Origin: Gemmatimonadota bacterium
GTDB taxonomy: Bacteria > Gemmatimonadota > Gemmatimonadetes > Palauibacterales > Palauibacteraceae
Length of the DNA stretch: 39,726 nucleotides
NCBI GenBank assembly: GCA_039588275.1
Contig: JBDHAC010000043.1
Location: 1-39,726, forward strand
Direction: 5' to 3'
This document shows, piece by piece, positions 9,086-18,885 of the stretch (position 1 is the stretch's first letter; each line of letters opens with the position of its first letter). The translations under genes were made by a program, and so were the position numbers. The notes beneath the pieces are model-generated. The model was given only the letters and a program-made list of their open reading frames with translations. It was not told the origin of the DNA and made no database searches.

Positions 9086-10828
9086 CTAATAGGTCCCGTC
9101 CGAGCCGGGGATGCGGCCCCGCGCATCCCGAGACGGGTTGATCTCGTCCAGCGCCCAAACAGCCGCCGCCCTCACCGCCGCATCTGCATCCTCGAGCGCG
9201 TCGAGGAGGGCCTCAACGGCCTCCGGGGCCCCGAGAATGCCAAGCCGCTCGGCAGCCCGAGCGCGGACGCTTGGATCGTTACCAGCCAGCTCGTCGAGGT
9301 ACCGAGGAAGGTCCGCGATGTGAACATCGACGGGAGCCTCGGGCCCGGCGAGCGCGCCCACGAACACCTCCGGGTACTCCTCGACGTGCTGGATCTGGGC
9401 AATCGCCCACGCTCGCGCCTCAGCGGAAACCACGGAGGGACCCGCGTCGCGGAGAGCGGCCAGTCCCGACGGATCCTCGATCTCGCCGATCGCGAGCGCC
9501 GCCATCTCCCGAACCCGAGCATCGACGTCTGCCAGGAGCGCGGTCAGGGGCCCTACGGCGCGCGGATCCTTGATCTCGCCCAGGGCCCAGGCCGATACGG
9601 CACGAACTCGCGCATCAGGATCACCGAGGTGCTCGATCAGCTCGTCCACGTGCGCCGGACTCTCGGATTCGCCTGCCGCCCAGGCGGCGTAGCGCCGGAC
9701 GATCGGATCCTGGTCGGAGAGCCCGGCGGCGTCCTGGCCGGGCGACTCGACGACGCCGAAGATCTCGATCGCGCCTGCGGCCGCGATCGCGATAGCACCC
9801 CCCGCGACGATCGCCCCTCGGGTGGCTCCGCCGAGTGGGTTTCGTGCTTGTGCCCGGTCGAGCAAGCTCCTGACTCGCTCGGCCAGCGACGATCGGGTCG
9901 CGAACGAAAGAGCAGGCTGCACCGCGGTCCGTCGTCCGCTCAGCGCGAAGCTCATCAGGTACTCGGCATAGCGGACCGGATCGAGACGGTCGTCGACGAC
10001 GCCGTCATCGCACGCGCGCTCTCGCTCTATGTCGAGACGGTGCCCAGCGTACCACACGGCCGGGTTGACCCAATAGGCCGCCTTGACGAACGCTGCGAGG
10101 AGGTGAGTCACGTAATCGCGCCGCCGCAGGTGGGCGAGCTCGTGGAGCAGCGCCGCATCGAGCTGGCCCTCCGACCAGCCATCTACGGCGCGGGGGAGCG
10201 CGATAGTGGGCCGGATCACCCCGAAGGTGCTCGGGACCACCAGATCCGAACTGACGATCGTCACCGGCGCCCGGCGCACGCCGAGCTCTGCCGCGACCCG
10301 GTCGAGCCGTCGCCGCACGGGGTCCGGACAAGGCTCCGCCTGAGCGCACAGGCGCCGAACCGCACGGAGATGGCCACCGAAGCGGGCGAGTTGAAGGAGA
10401 AGTCCCACGAGCCAGAGCGCGACGATCCAGCGATAGGGGGGAGCGATGCCCACCGTGGCGACAGGCTTCCGGACCACCGAGGCCGGTACCGCGCTCGGGA
10501 GCTGAACCGCCTCTTGGGCCGCCGCCTCCACGGGGACAGTCGGAGCCTTTGGGAGCCCGATTCCTGGGCCCGACACCGCGACCGGGGGCCGCACCCCGAC
10601 CACCGTGAGGCCCGACTGGGGCGCCGCGAGGCGCAACGCGGGCAGCGCGAGCAGGACAACGAACGCGGCCGCCCAGACTCCGTGCCGGAGGGACGCGGAT
10701 GACCGGCGCAGCAGGTAGCAGGTAGCGGTCGCAGCAAGCACGACCGCGCTCCCCTTGAGGAGCACCAGGTCGATGAAGCCCACATAGAGCTCCGCCATTA
10801 TCGAAGGATCGACCAGTCCTGACATCAT
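9086..10828 (-). CDS. M56 family metallopeptidase (BlaR1/MecR1-like) with C-terminal HEAT repeats
   Basis: LRHGVW, HELAHLRRRD zinc motif, YWVNPAVW, ERERACDD; several VRxxAAWALGEI repeats; ATGA overlap with the blaI-like gene. Confidence 0.92.
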   Translation of the reverse strand: MMSGLVDPSIMAELYVGFIDLVLLKGSAVVLAATATCYLLRRSSASLRHGVWAAAFVVLLALPALRLAAPQSGLTVVGVRPPVAVSGPGIGLPKAPTVPVEAAAQEAVQLPSAVPASVVRKPVATVGIAPPYRWIVALWLVGLLLQLARFGGHLRAVRRLCAQAEPCPDPVRRRLDRVAAELGVRRAPVTIVSSDLVVPSTFGVIRPTIALPRAVDGWSEGQLDAALLHELAHLRRRDYVTHLLAAFVKAAYWVNPAVWYAGHRLDIERERACDDGVVDDRLDPVRYAEYLMSFALSGRRTAVQPALSFATRSSLAERVRSLLDRAQARNPLGGATRGAIVAGGAIAIAAAGAIEIFGVVESPGQDAAGLSDQDPIVRRYAAWAAGESESPAHVDELIEHLGDPDARVRAVSAWALGEIKDPRAVGPLTALLADVDARVREMAALAIGEIEDPSGLAALRDAGPSVVSAEARAWAIAQIQHVEEYPEVFVGALAGPEAPVDVHIADLPRYLDELAGNDPSVRARAAERLGILGAPEAVEALLDALEDADAAVRAAAVWALDEINPSRDARGRIPGSDGTY

Positions 10829-11211
10829 CCCTCTTCCTTCGCCTTCTGGATCCAGTCCGCGATCTCATCCAACTCCTCGTCCGACATCCGTCGCACCGAC
10901 GCGTCGAGCATCGCGAGGACCGCTTTTTGGGGAGACCCGCGGAAATACGTCCGGGTCAACTGCTGGAGCGCGGATCGGGAGGCAGCGGTGAGAGGCACGG
11001 TCGGGCGGTAGATGTAGCGCCGTCCCTCCCGACGGTGACTCACGTGTCCCTTGTCCGCGAGCACGCCCAATGTGAGTCGCACGGCGTCGTACGAGGAGGC
11101 ATCTGGCATGAGTCCGACGACATCCGCTACAGATCCTTCGCCGAGGCGGTACAGGATCTCCACGATCTCGCGCTCTCGCCGACTGAACTTCGAAGGCCCG
11201 TTTCCGGTCAC
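10825..11211 (-). CDS. BlaI/MecI/CopY family transcriptional repressor
   Basis: SRREREIVEILY..GEGSV, SYDAVR..L..L..KG.V, GRRYIYRP, YFRGS; AGGAGGAG RBS upstream of the GTG start. Confidence 0.92.
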   Translation of the reverse strand: MTGNGPSKFSRREREIVEILYRLGEGSVADVVGLMPDASSYDAVRLTLGVLADKGHVSHRREGRRYIYRPTVPLTAASRSALQQLTRTYFRGSPQKAVLAMLDASVRRMSDEELDEIADWIQKAKEEG

Positions 11212-11227
11212 TCGACTCGACTCCTCC

Positions 11228-11274
11228 TACACAGCTGCCATAATGTAATAATACCTACATTACAGATAGGTGTA
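11228..11274. promoter_or_regulatory. Candidate BlaI-type operator cluster
   Basis: TACA at 11228, 11256 and 11261, TGTA at 11244 and 11271; inverted repeats AATGTA-N8-TACATT and CCTACA-N11-TGTAGG in an AT-rich patch directly upstream of the repressor. Confidence 0.6.
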
Positions 11275-11519
11275 GGATACGGTGCGAGGGCTCCCCGTGC
11301 AAGTGCATCAGGCAGATGCGCTCCGAGAGGGCGAGTCGCAACAATGTATAATGTACTACAGCAGCGCGGCTCGCAGGCGGCAGCGTGCCCGCCGCGTCTT
11401 ATGCGCGCCCGCACGCGGCGCCTGCCCCAATCGATCGTCGTCGGTGTCAGTCTCGGGGCCGGTACCGTATCATTGCATACGCGAAAAGACCCAGAATCAC
11501 GATCTGACAAGGAGGTAGC

Positions 11520-11744
11520 GTGGCGAGACGGGCAAACTACGGGTTCGAGAAACGACAACGTGAGCTCAGGAAGCAAAAGAAGAAGGACGCGAAGGCGGAG
11601 AAGAGGAGGCTGAAGCGGGAGGCCGCCGCTGCGGGCGATCTGGAAGGGTTGGAGCCCGCGACGGACGGGGACCCCGGATCGGTGGACAACGAAGCTGAGG
11701 AGGACGACGAAGCTGAGGAGGACGACGAAGAGGAGCTGGACTAG
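11520..11744 (+). CDS. Small protein with basic N-terminus and acidic tail (NYGFEKRQRE-type hypothetical)
   Basis: Strong AAGGAGGT RBS before GTG; K/R-rich helix then D/E-rich tail partly encoded by an 18-bp tandem repeat (11689-11730). Confidence 0.75.
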   Translation: MARRANYGFEKRQRELRKQKKKDAKAEKRRLKREAAAAGDLEGLEPATDGDPGSVDNEAEEDDEAEEDDEEELD

Positions 11745-12134
11745 CGACGAGGCTAGGGCACCTACCCGACCCTCCCGGCGGGGCGGGCTTTCGCCGCACC
11801 CCACCGGCAAGGACTCACTCGGAGCCGGCGAAAGCTGCCGGCATCACACACTGGCAATCACCGCTTGGCGACTACCGCCGTGCGATCATTGCCTCGCATA
11901 CGCCACCAGAGATCTCACGCAAAGCGCGCCGTGAGCCGTAAGGGCCGCAAGCAGCTCGAATCCGTCCTGGGAACCGATCTCTAAGGCGAGCTCCGATCCC
12001 CAAGTCAGGCCTTGACCCGCCCGCATCCCGCCCCAGAGACTGGGTAAACGGGCGCGGTGCCGTGGCGCGTCCCCGCAGACAGCCGCCGCGCCCGCGAACC
12101 GTCAAAGTGTGGGCCCTGATCGCAGGAGCTTCTC

Positions 12135-14792
12135 ATGAGAGCGAATCACCGCCGCTTCCCCGCGCACACGCAGGTGCTCGTCGCGCTTCTTTCCGCCGCG
12201 CTGGCGTCCGCGTGGCTCCCGACAACGGGCATCGCGCAGACCCCGGATGTCCCATCTCCCGAGGAGTTCTTCGGCTTTCAGATGGGGGCCGATCGGACGC
12301 TCGCCCGCTGGGACAAGCTGGTGGAGTACTACGAGCTACTGGGTGATGCCAGCGACCGGCTGGAAGTCGTTCACATGGGGCCCACGACGCTCGGGAATCC
12401 CTTCCTGGCGCTCTTCTTCTCCGCCCCCGACAACCTGTCGCGGCTCGAGGAGCTTCGGCAGATGAACGCGATCCTGAGCGATCCGCGCGGCGTTCCCGAT
12501 GCGGACGTCGAGCGAGCCATCGCCAACGGCCGGGCGGTGATCGTCCAATCCATGTGTCTCCACTCGACCGAAGTCGCTTCCAGCCAGACCGCGGCCGAGC
12601 TCGCGTACGACATGGTAACGCGGACCGATGCCGAGATGATGGGCATCATGGAGAACACCATCGGGATCATGATCCCCTGCCTCAACCCGGACGGAGAGAT
12701 CATGGTGACCGACTGGTACAACCAGTGGGTGGGGACCGAATACGAGGGCGTCGGCCTGCCCTCGCTCTACCACCACTACATCGGTCACGACAACAACCGC
12801 GACGCCTTCATGCAGAACACCGTCGAGTCGCAGTACGGCGGCAAGATCCTGTTCCGCGACTGGGTCCCGCAGGCCTACGTGGACCACCACCAGATGGGCG
12901 GCTACACGGCGCGCATCTATCTGCCTCCGTACGCCGAGCCCGTCCGGCCCGAGGGTGACCCGATCGTGTGGCGGGAGATGTCGTGGTACGGGGCGCACAT
13001 GGCGTACAAGATGGAGGAGGCGAATCTCGAGGGGGCGGTGAACTCGGCGATCTACTCGGGGTGGGGCCACTTCGGCTTCCACTGGATCACGCCATTCCAC
13101 AACATCGCGGGAATGCTGACCGAGTCGGCCAGCGCGCGGCTGGCGACCCCGCTGTTCGTGCACCCCGAGCAGCTGAGGGGCTCACGACAGCTCCCGGAAT
13201 ACGAGGAGCAGACCACCTTCCCCAACCCCTGGGAGGGAGGCTGGTGGCGGGTCCGGGACATGGTCGATCGTCAGAAGGTCGCCTACCTCGCGACGCTGGA
13301 CATCGCCGCCCGCAACCGCGAGACCGTGCTCCGGAACGCGTACCTGAAGGCGGTGCGCCAGACCGAGCGCGGGCTGGAGGGACCGGTTGTCGCGTTCGTG
13401 ATCCCGGCCGAGCAGCATGATCCGCTCACCATGCAGCACATGGTGAACAAGCTCCTTCTGCAGGGCATCGAGGTGCAGCGCGCCGCAACCGACTTCACGC
13501 ACGAGGGCCGCGTGTACGGCGCCGGTACCTACGTCGTCACGATGGCGCAACCCAAGCGGGGGGTCATTCGATGGTTGTTGGGTCAGACCTTCTACCCGGA
13601 CAACTCGTACACGCGGGATCGTGACGGCGACCCGATCCGGCCCTACGACATGTCCACGGACAACATGGCCGAGTTCATGGGAGTGCGCGTGGACGCGGTC
13701 GAGACGCCGGTGGCGGTCAACACTTCCGTCGTGAGCGACATGCTCGCGCCCGCCGGAGCCGTGGAGCGAGGCGAGTCCGGATACCGGGTCGACGGGCGTC
13801 AGAACGCCGCCTTCAAGGCGGTGAACCTCCTGTGGAACGACGGGATCCAGGTGCAGCGCGCAGATCGAGCGGTGGGCGACGTGCGAGCGGGCGACTTCAT
13901 CCTGGGCCCGGGGGCATCAGAGTCCCTTCTCACTCGCGTCGCGGGTGAGACCGGCGTGAGCTTCATGGCGCTCGACTCCGACCCGTCCGCGCGTCCAGTG
14001 CGCCGGCTGAGGGTCGGCATGTACCAGCGCTACCTGGGCGGCAACATGGATGAGGGGTGGACCCGCTGGCTGCTGGAGGACTTCGAGTTTCCGTATACCG
14101 CGCTCATGGACGCGGAGATTCTGGCCGGCGATCTGAGCCGCGATTACGACGTGATCATCCTCCCCGCGGACCGCGCCTCGCGCATGACGGGTGAGCCCGA
14201 CACGGGCGGCGGTCGATTCCGCGGCGCGGATCCATCCGCCTACCCGCCCGAGTACCGGAGCGGCTTCGGCCAGGCCGGCGTGGACGCGCTACAAGCGTTC
14301 GTCGAAAGCGGCGGCACGCTGGTCACCTTCGCCGAGGCCGGGAACCTGGCGATCGAAGAGTTCGAGCTGCCCATTCGGAACGCCCTCGAGGACCTGCCCT
14401 CACGGGAGTTCTGGTCTCCCGGGTCGACCTTGCGCGTGCGTGTGGATACCTCCAGTCCATACGCGTACGGGATGCCGGAATACGCCCTCGCCACATTCCT
14501 GGCGAACAACCAGGTGTACGAGGTCGTAGCGGGGTCTCGTAATCACACCGTCCGGCGCATCGTCGAGTTCGGCGACCGAGACATCCTCCAGAGCGGCTGG
14601 CTGCTCGGTGAGGATCACATCGCGAACAAGGCTACGATGGTCTCGGTCGATCACGGTGAGGGCACAGTGCTGCTCATCGGCTTTCGCGCCCAGCATCGCG
14701 CGCAGACGCACGGGACCTTCAAACTGGTTTTCAACGCATTGGTGAGCGGTCCGGAGGAAGCTGCCGGCGTCGCAGCAGCCGGAGGAGGCTGA
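12135..14792 (+). CDS. M14 family zinc carboxypeptidase-like secreted protein with C-terminal glutamine amidotransferase-like domain
   Basis: AGGAG RBS, signal peptide, HSTE (HxxE), NPDG, DNNRD, VDHHQM, PYDM, DEGWTRW motifs. Confidence 0.9.
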   Translation: MRANHRRFPAHTQVLVALLSAALASAWLPTTGIAQTPDVPSPEEFFGFQMGADRTLARWDKLVEYYELLGDASDRLEVVHMGPTTLGNPFLALFFSAPDNLSRLEELRQMNAILSDPRGVPDADVERAIANGRAVIVQSMCLHSTEVASSQTAAELAYDMVTRTDAEMMGIMENTIGIMIPCLNPDGEIMVTDWYNQWVGTEYEGVGLPSLYHHYIGHDNNRDAFMQNTVESQYGGKILFRDWVPQAYVDHHQMGGYTARIYLPPYAEPVRPEGDPIVWREMSWYGAHMAYKMEEANLEGAVNSAIYSGWGHFGFHWITPFHNIAGMLTESASARLATPLFVHPEQLRGSRQLPEYEEQTTFPNPWEGGWWRVRDMVDRQKVAYLATLDIAARNRETVLRNAYLKAVRQTERGLEGPVVAFVIPAEQHDPLTMQHMVNKLLLQGIEVQRAATDFTHEGRVYGAGTYVVTMAQPKRGVIRWLLGQTFYPDNSYTRDRDGDPIRPYDMSTDNMAEFMGVRVDAVETPVAVNTSVVSDMLAPAGAVERGESGYRVDGRQNAAFKAVNLLWNDGIQVQRADRAVGDVRAGDFILGPGASESLLTRVAGETGVSFMALDSDPSARPVRRLRVGMYQRYLGGNMDEGWTRWLLEDFEFPYTALMDAEILAGDLSRDYDVIILPADRASRMTGEPDTGGGRFRGADPSAYPPEYRSGFGQAGVDALQAFVESGGTLVTFAEAGNLAIEEFELPIRNALEDLPSREFWSPGSTLRVRVDTSSPYAYGMPEYALATFLANNQVYEVVAGSRNHTVRRIVEFGDRDILQSGWLLGEDHIANKATMVSVDHGEGTVLLIGFRAQHRAQTHGTFKLVFNALVSGPEEAAGVAAAGGG

Positions 14793-15059
14793 AAAAAGCG
14801 GACCGAGGGTCTGATCTATCCCCGAACCGGGACGGACCTCGCCTCCACTGCGAGCCGCGGGTGTAGGCGAACCGCGAAATCTTCGTGTCGCTGGCCGTCT
14901 TCCTTGACGCTCCATCCCCCGGTCCGCAACCGGACGCAGGCGATACCCCGGCAGCAGCGTAACCGCGGCTGCAGTGTCGCCTCGTTTCATGCGCCTCGGT
15001 AAGCTGGCGGCCCCGAGATCGCTCAGGGCTGCGTCCGCTGACGACCCCCTACGGTCCGG

Positions 15060-15881
15060 TCACTGGTTGACTCGGACCTCCAGCGTCCGGATCGTCACTT
15101 CCATCCCACCACCCCCCATCATCTGTTCCAGCCGTTCCATCTGCGGCTTCATCATCCTTTCGACCATGGCCCGCTGACCCTCGGGCATCTCGGCGAGCTG
15201 CTTCTCCATCTCCTCCATCTGGCGATGCAGATCGGCTATTTCCTCTTCGGACATCCCGGGAACCGAGCCCTGGAGCGAGACGGTGATCAGGAAGGGATGC
15301 AGCATCCCTTCGACCTCGCGATAGTCACTTATGAGGCTCGTCATCGAGAAGGGCTGCAGCTCGCCGTTCGACTCCATCTCGCCATCCATGGTCATCTTAC
15401 GAATGACATACTCATCGTCATCGATGTAGAAGACGCCCCGTTTCGGTTCGAACGACCCCTCGCCCATGTTCATGTCCTGGCCCATGTCAATGCCTTCGAA
15501 ATCCTCGATGGCGACGACGTGGCAATCCGAGCCGTCAACCGACTCCTTGCCTTCGACGCTGGCCCGCTCGATCAACTGCGGATAGAGACGGTGGAAGTCT
15601 GCTATCCCGGCGCCGCGCTCGGCCGACCCTGCGGGCAGAAACACGCTCCGACCGTCCATCTCGGACCGTTCCAGTCTGACAGTGGACTCGAACCCCATCG
15701 TTTCCTGGACGATCGTGTACGAGTCGATTCCCTCCATACGCTGCTCGTATCGGTCAAGCGCCGTCATGAAGATGTCCTCGGCGGACTGTGCCTCTCCCGA
15801 GCCGGGTAGTCCGAGGGTGAGCGCGACGATGAGGGCTGTAGGGATCTGAGCACTGACGACTTGCGGATTCACGTACCTCAT
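15060..15881 (-). CDS. Secreted hypothetical protein (possible LolA-like fold plus Met/Glu-rich coiled coil)
   Basis: GGAGGAG RBS, signal peptide ending GEA-Q, G.ESVDG..CHVV, SDYREVEGML.PF, helical MSEEE...MERLEQMM segment. Confidence 0.7.
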   Translation of the reverse strand: MRYVNPQVVSAQIPTALIVALTLGLPGSGEAQSAEDIFMTALDRYEQRMEGIDSYTIVQETMGFESTVRLERSEMDGRSVFLPAGSAERGAGIADFHRLYPQLIERASVEGKESVDGSDCHVVAIEDFEGIDMGQDMNMGEGSFEPKRGVFYIDDDEYVIRKMTMDGEMESNGELQPFSMTSLISDYREVEGMLHPFLITVSLQGSVPGMSEEEIADLHRQMEEMEKQLAEMPEGQRAMVERMMKPQMERLEQMMGGGGMEVTIRTLEVRVNQ

Positions 15882-16229
15882 TGAGCGACTCCTCCCAGGG
15901 GATTGGATCGGCAGTGGACTTCATTCGTCGAACGTCGGATCAGACTCACACCGAGACCTCCGCTCCGCAACGCCACGGTCCTCCAGCTTGCTGGTGAACA
16001 GTGGGCTCGGAATGGTTCAGCGCGCGCGGCGCTTCGACCCCTCGAACGGTGATCGGTGAGTCCAGCGACCACGTCGCGAAGAGCTGGAGCAACTCGCAAT
16101 GCGCAACGCCGAGCCCCTGCGCTGGTTCGCGTTTATGAGCGCTCTCGTTGCGACGGTGGCTTCGGTGGATCAACGTTGAGGACACCGTTCTGCTCATCGG
16201 CTTCCGCACCGCCACGTGCGGATGGAGGG

Positions 16230-18713
16230 GTGAAGATCTCGGGCGTAACAGGAGACCTGCTGGCTTCCATCCGGAGCCTCCGTCGGCGACCACTCCATAC
16301 GGTCGTGGTCGTGACCGTCCTGACACTGGGTCTGGCGGCCAGTACGGCGGTATTCACCTACATCAACGCCTTCTTCCAGCCCTTCCCCGGCGTGAATCAC
16401 GACGGGTTGGTGCGCGTGTTTGGAATCGAACCGGAAGAACCCTACACCGATGTCTCTTTCCTGGACTACGAGGACTTCGCACGAGCCGCGGACAGCTTCG
16501 ACGGCCTCGCGGCAGTACAGCCGTACTACGCGGCCAGCGTGCGGCGCGAGACGATGACGGAGGTGGCCTTCGTCGAGAGTGTCACGGGGAATTTCTTCTC
16601 TGTGGCCGGGGTGGAGATCAGCCTCGGGCGTCGCATCGAGGCTCGAGACGATCGACTCGAGTCGGATCCCGTCGCGGTGATCTCGTTCGAATGGTGGCAG
16701 CGCAGCTTCGGCGCCGATCGAGCCGTTCTCGGGCAAACGCTCTACCTGAACTTCCGGCCGTTCACCGTTGTGGGTGTGGCCGCGCCCGGGTTCAAGGGGA
16801 CCACGTCCGATTTTCGCCCGGATGTGTGGATTCCCATCGCGCCCTTCCGAGATCGTTATGTGAGCTGGGATGGAGCGGCTCAGAACCGCGATCTGCCGCT
16901 CGTCCGGGTGTTCGGACGCCTGGCGCCGGGTGTCAGTCGCGCTCGAGCGCGGGCCGAGCTCGCCTCGGTCGCTCGGGGGTTGGATGAGGCCTATCCGGGA
17001 CGAGATGCACCCCGTCGTGTCGGGATCGACGAGGCGACCTGGATTGACCCACGCGCGCGGCGCGATGAGCTCAACACGGTTCGGATCATGATGGCGGCGA
17101 CGGCCGGTCTCCTCCTGCTGGTATGCGCGAACGTGGCGAACCTGCTCTTGGCGCTCGCCGCCGGACGTGGGCAGGAGACGGCGACTCGGGCCGCTCTCGG
17201 GGCGTCTGCGGGGCGATTGATGCGCCAGACGCTGACCGAGAACGTTCTGCTCGCTTCGCTCGCAGGCCTGGTGGCGCTCGCGCTGGCCGGGCCCCTGAGC
17301 GCCAAGCTGGGGTGGTACTTCGCTCGGCCGAGCGTGTGGGGTGAGAACGTGGCCCGCGAGGCGGGGGTCGACCTTCACGTCGTCGGCTTCGCGTTCGCGG
17401 TCGCGGTGCTCACGGGACTGGTCGCTGGCGCCCTCCCCGCGCTCAGGTCCTCGCGTCTCGACCTCGTGACGGCGCTCAAGACCGATGGCGCCATCTCGCG
17501 CGCCGGCCGGCGTCGGCTGGGCCGGCGTCGCTCTGGGCGCCGACTCGGGGGCGCGCACGACATGTTGATCGCGGCCCAGGTCGCGCTGTCGGTCATTCTG
17601 CTCGTCGTCGCCGGACTCGTCCTTCGTACGCTCGGGTCCGTTCGCAGCCTGGACCCGGGGTTTTCGTACGATCGCCTGATCGCCAGCCACGTCTCGACCA
17701 GCAGCACGAACGTGCAGGTGGAGGACCGCGGTCGATTCTTCAAAGAGCTCTCAGATCGGCTCGCGGAGGAGCCATGGGTCCGCTCGGTCTCCATCGCGCA
17801 GAACGCGCTGCTTTCCGCCCAGCGGTCAGCCCGCATACGCGTGGATGGCCAGGACGAGCCCGTGTCGTTGACCACGACGCGGGTCATCCCCGGGTTCTTC
17901 GAGCCGCTGGAAGTCGATGTAGTTCGCGGCCGCAGCTTCGTGGTCGGAGACACCGCCGGCGCCCCGGATGTCGCGATCGTGAACGTAGCTCTCGCGACTC
18001 GCTTCTTCGGCAGGGAGGATGCCGTCGGCCGACGGCTCTCGTGGCCGGTCGCGGAAGGTACCGAGGCGCGGAGCTTCGAGATCGTCGGCATCGTCGAGGA
18101 TTTCCGGGCCCGGGACTTCCTCGCCGAGCCCGAGCCGATGGTCTTCTTCTCCTTTCCTCAACACGCGTGGCCCACGGGTAGCGCGCTGCACGTATCGACG
18201 ATCGGAGACCCAGCGACGTCCGTGCCGTTCCTCCAGCGCTGGCTGCGAGAGTTCGAACCGCACCTGGCGATCGTGAACGTCCTACCGTACGGCGAGATCG
18301 TGGAAGGCTTCCTCTACACGCAACGAATGAACGCGGAGCTGTTCTCCGCCCTGGCCGCTATCGGTCTGGCCCTCGCTACGGTGGGGATGTTCAGTGTCTT
18401 GAGCCTATCCGTCAGCCGGAGGACACGTGAGATCGGCATCCGTATGGCGATCGGGGCCCAACGCCGCAGCATAGGTTGGCTGATGATCGGACGAACCGTG
18501 ATCCCGGTAGGGCTCGGGCTCGCCGTGGGGCTCGTGGGCTCGCTCGCCCTCACGGGACTCGTGAGATCCCTTCTTTTCGGCGTCGAGCCTACCGATCCGA
18601 GGACGTTGGCCGGAGGCGTGGGGCTACTTCTGGTGGCGTCGCTACTGGCAGCTTACCTACCTGCCAGGCGTGCGGCGCGCATCGAGCCCATGGAGGCGCT
18701 GCGCGAGGAGTGA
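16230..18713 (+). CDS. ABC transporter permease, duplicated MacB/FtsX type (ADOP-like), no adjacent ATPase
   Basis: DLLASIRSLRRRP, LTLGLAASTAVF, LLLLVCANVANLLL, RRTREIGIRMAIGA, YLPARRAARIEPMEALR. Start uncertain; GTG 16230 chosen. Confidence 0.9.
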   Translation: MKISGVTGDLLASIRSLRRRPLHTVVVVTVLTLGLAASTAVFTYINAFFQPFPGVNHDGLVRVFGIEPEEPYTDVSFLDYEDFARAADSFDGLAAVQPYYAASVRRETMTEVAFVESVTGNFFSVAGVEISLGRRIEARDDRLESDPVAVISFEWWQRSFGADRAVLGQTLYLNFRPFTVVGVAAPGFKGTTSDFRPDVWIPIAPFRDRYVSWDGAAQNRDLPLVRVFGRLAPGVSRARARAELASVARGLDEAYPGRDAPRRVGIDEATWIDPRARRDELNTVRIMMAATAGLLLLVCANVANLLLALAAGRGQETATRAALGASAGRLMRQTLTENVLLASLAGLVALALAGPLSAKLGWYFARPSVWGENVAREAGVDLHVVGFAFAVAVLTGLVAGALPALRSSRLDLVTALKTDGAISRAGRRRLGRRRSGRRLGGAHDMLIAAQVALSVILLVVAGLVLRTLGSVRSLDPGFSYDRLIASHVSTSSTNVQVEDRGRFFKELSDRLAEEPWVRSVSIAQNALLSAQRSARIRVDGQDEPVSLTTTRVIPGFFEPLEVDVVRGRSFVVGDTAGAPDVAIVNVALATRFFGREDAVGRRLSWPVAEGTEARSFEIVGIVEDFRARDFLAEPEPMVFFSFPQHAWPTGSALHVSTIGDPATSVPFLQRWLREFEPHLAIVNVLPYGEIVEGFLYTQRMNAELFSALAAIGLALATVGMFSVLSLSVSRRTREIGIRMAIGAQRRSIGWLMIGRTVIPVGLGLAVGLVGSLALTGLVRSLLFGVEPTDPRTLAGGVGLLLVASLLAAYLPARRAARIEPMEALREE

Positions 18714-18745
18714 GGGGACCTGCGTGACGGGACCTGCGTGAGGCA

Positions 18746-18794
18746 CCCTCTGCGCCATCCCCCGGGCTGGTAGCCGGGGGACGGCGGGCAGGGG
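18746..18794. terminator. Long GC hairpin between the convergent permease and flp genes
   Basis: CCCTCTGCGCCATCCCCCGG...CCGGGGGACGGCGGGCAGGGG imperfect stem, preceded by the direct repeat GGGACCTGCGTGA x2 (18715-18741). Confidence 0.5.
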
Positions 18795-18885
18795 ATCCAG
18801 CGACGGTGTGTTGTGTGGTACGCTTCGCGCTTCGACTACGGACTACCCGACCCTCTCCGGTGCGAAGCTACACCGTCGAATGGGA

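Noticed and set aside
9086..11211. Beta-lactam resistance locus
   Set aside because: No beta-lactamase or PBP gene nearby, and the sensor has HEAT repeats instead of a penicillin-binding domain.
11900..11960. c-di-GMP-I riboswitch suggested by ACGCAAAGC
   Set aside because: No preceding GGYAAAC...GAAA hairpin and no downstream CCGG.CTAA element.
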